Assembly (NCBI GenBank): GCA_036488585.1
Contig: DASXHH010000004.1
Span: forward strand, 65,254-129,253
From: Candidatus Saccharimonadia bacterium
GTDB taxonomy: Bacteria; Patescibacteriota; Saccharimonadia; UBA4664
Direction: 5' to 3'
Length of the DNA: 64,000 nucleotides
Part shown: positions 63,587-64,000 of the stretch, piece after piece
Position numbering within the stretch: position 1 is the stretch's first letter
How the letters are laid out: each line of letters starts with the position of its first letter
The notes under the pieces: generated by a model
The model's input: only the letters and a program-made list of their open reading frames with translations
What the model was told of the DNA's origin: nothing
The model's database searches: none
Made by a program: the position numbers and the translations under genes

Positions 63587-63617
63587 TAAGGGGCATCGGG
63601 CGTGAGCTGCATACGGC
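63587..63617 (+). repeat. degenerate copy 10 of conserved box (GTAAGGGGCATCGGGCGTGAGCTGCATACGG)
   Basis: Resembles copy 6 (GGAGGGGCCATCGTCGAAGCTGCC). Lower identity. Confidence 0.35.
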
Positions 63618-63714
63618 GTCCCTTACCTAGCGCTCGATTTCCCGATAAAGCGTATACACTACTTGGGCGTAGCGAGGGAGCACTACGGCTTCATAAAATT
63701 GTTCGAGAAACTTT

Positions 63715-64000
63715 TCATCCATAATAATTCCCAACACCCCGGTTTACCGGCTCGGTCATTTCTAAGTCCCAGACTGCGCAATTAGGGATTTGTTCTGTGA
63801 TTAGACTTTCAAGTGTAGAGACTCCTAACGCTGCACGAATTACCCTCATTGGGCCACCATGGGCCACTACTAGTACATCCTCATCTGGACGCTGATCGTA
63901 TATCTCATTCAGGAACTCTAATACGCGTTCACTTAAATCTGTCCACGACTCACCACCTGGAGCTTTCTTGGTTAAGGCGGTCCCCTCTAGTAGTTGCCAG
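63715..64000 (-). CDS. histidine phosphatase (phosphoglycerate-mutase-like) family protein; N-terminus outside window
   Basis: Reverse translation ends ...ESWTDLSERVLEFLNEIYDQRPDEDVLVVAHGGPMRVIRAALGVS...* The VLVVAHGG block is typical of the His-phosphatase superfamily. Confidence 0.6.
   Translation of the reverse strand, partial: WQLLEGTALTKKAPGGESWTDLSERVLEFLNEIYDQRPDEDVLVVAHGGPMRVIRAALGVSTLESLITEQIPNCAVWDLEMTEPVNRGVGNYYG

Noticed and set aside
1-64000. CRISPR arrays, rRNA genes, transposases/integrases, toxin-antitoxin pairs
   Set aside because: Scanned for regularly spaced direct repeats, rRNA-like conserved blocks, DDE/Tyr-recombinase motifs and short paired ORFs. None found in this window.

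Overview
High-GC (~60%) bacterial chromosome segment with compact gene packing, frequent 4-bp start/stop overlaps, and several lower-GC (~45-50%) inserts at roughly 24.4-27.1 kb, 38.7-43.1 kb and 54-64 kb. The lineage cannot be assigned from sequence alone; a reduced-genome lineage (Patescibacteria/Saccharibacteria-like or Actinobacteria-related) is a guess.

Housekeeping genes include TatD (partial), a GNAT acetyltransferase, metG, rsmA/ksgA, a PEBP-family protein, a CvpA-S1 protease fusion, an Rpf-like DUF348/G5/transglycosylase protein, pyrH, uvrD/pcrA, tpiA, pgk, a TetR-controlled ABC-2 exporter, pyk, folD, a P-type ATPase (mgtA-like), an NDH-2 gene (ndh) and tRNA-Glu(UUC).

Accessory content worth attention:
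- A duplicated SipW-like signal peptidase / TasA-camelysin-like cognate-secreted-protein locus (19.15-22.54 kb). One peptidase carries a substrate-like C-terminal motif.
- A ~600-nt highly structured non-coding region ending in an intrinsic terminator (22.64-23.25 kb), with RNase P RNA-like P4 motifs.
- A lower-GC cassette encoding a ThiF/E1-like protein, an autoinducer/N-acyl-amino-acid-synthase-like GNAT, an LPLAT acyltransferase and a long nitroreductase/SagB-like protein (39.7-43.1 kb).
- A consensus sigma70 promoter, a long leader and a terminator upstream of the mgtA-like ATPase.
- A dispersed family of at least 10 conserved ~35-nt boxes, each beside a terminator hairpin, punctuating a small-gene array (54.2-63.6 kb).
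- An NTF2-like gene broken by a +1 frameshift in a C7 homopolymer.
- A protein with four tandem excisionase-type HTH repeats.
- Many orphan single-domain response regulators.

No CRISPR array, rRNA or obvious transposase/integrase was seen. Coordinates may be off by 1-3 bp because they were counted by hand.
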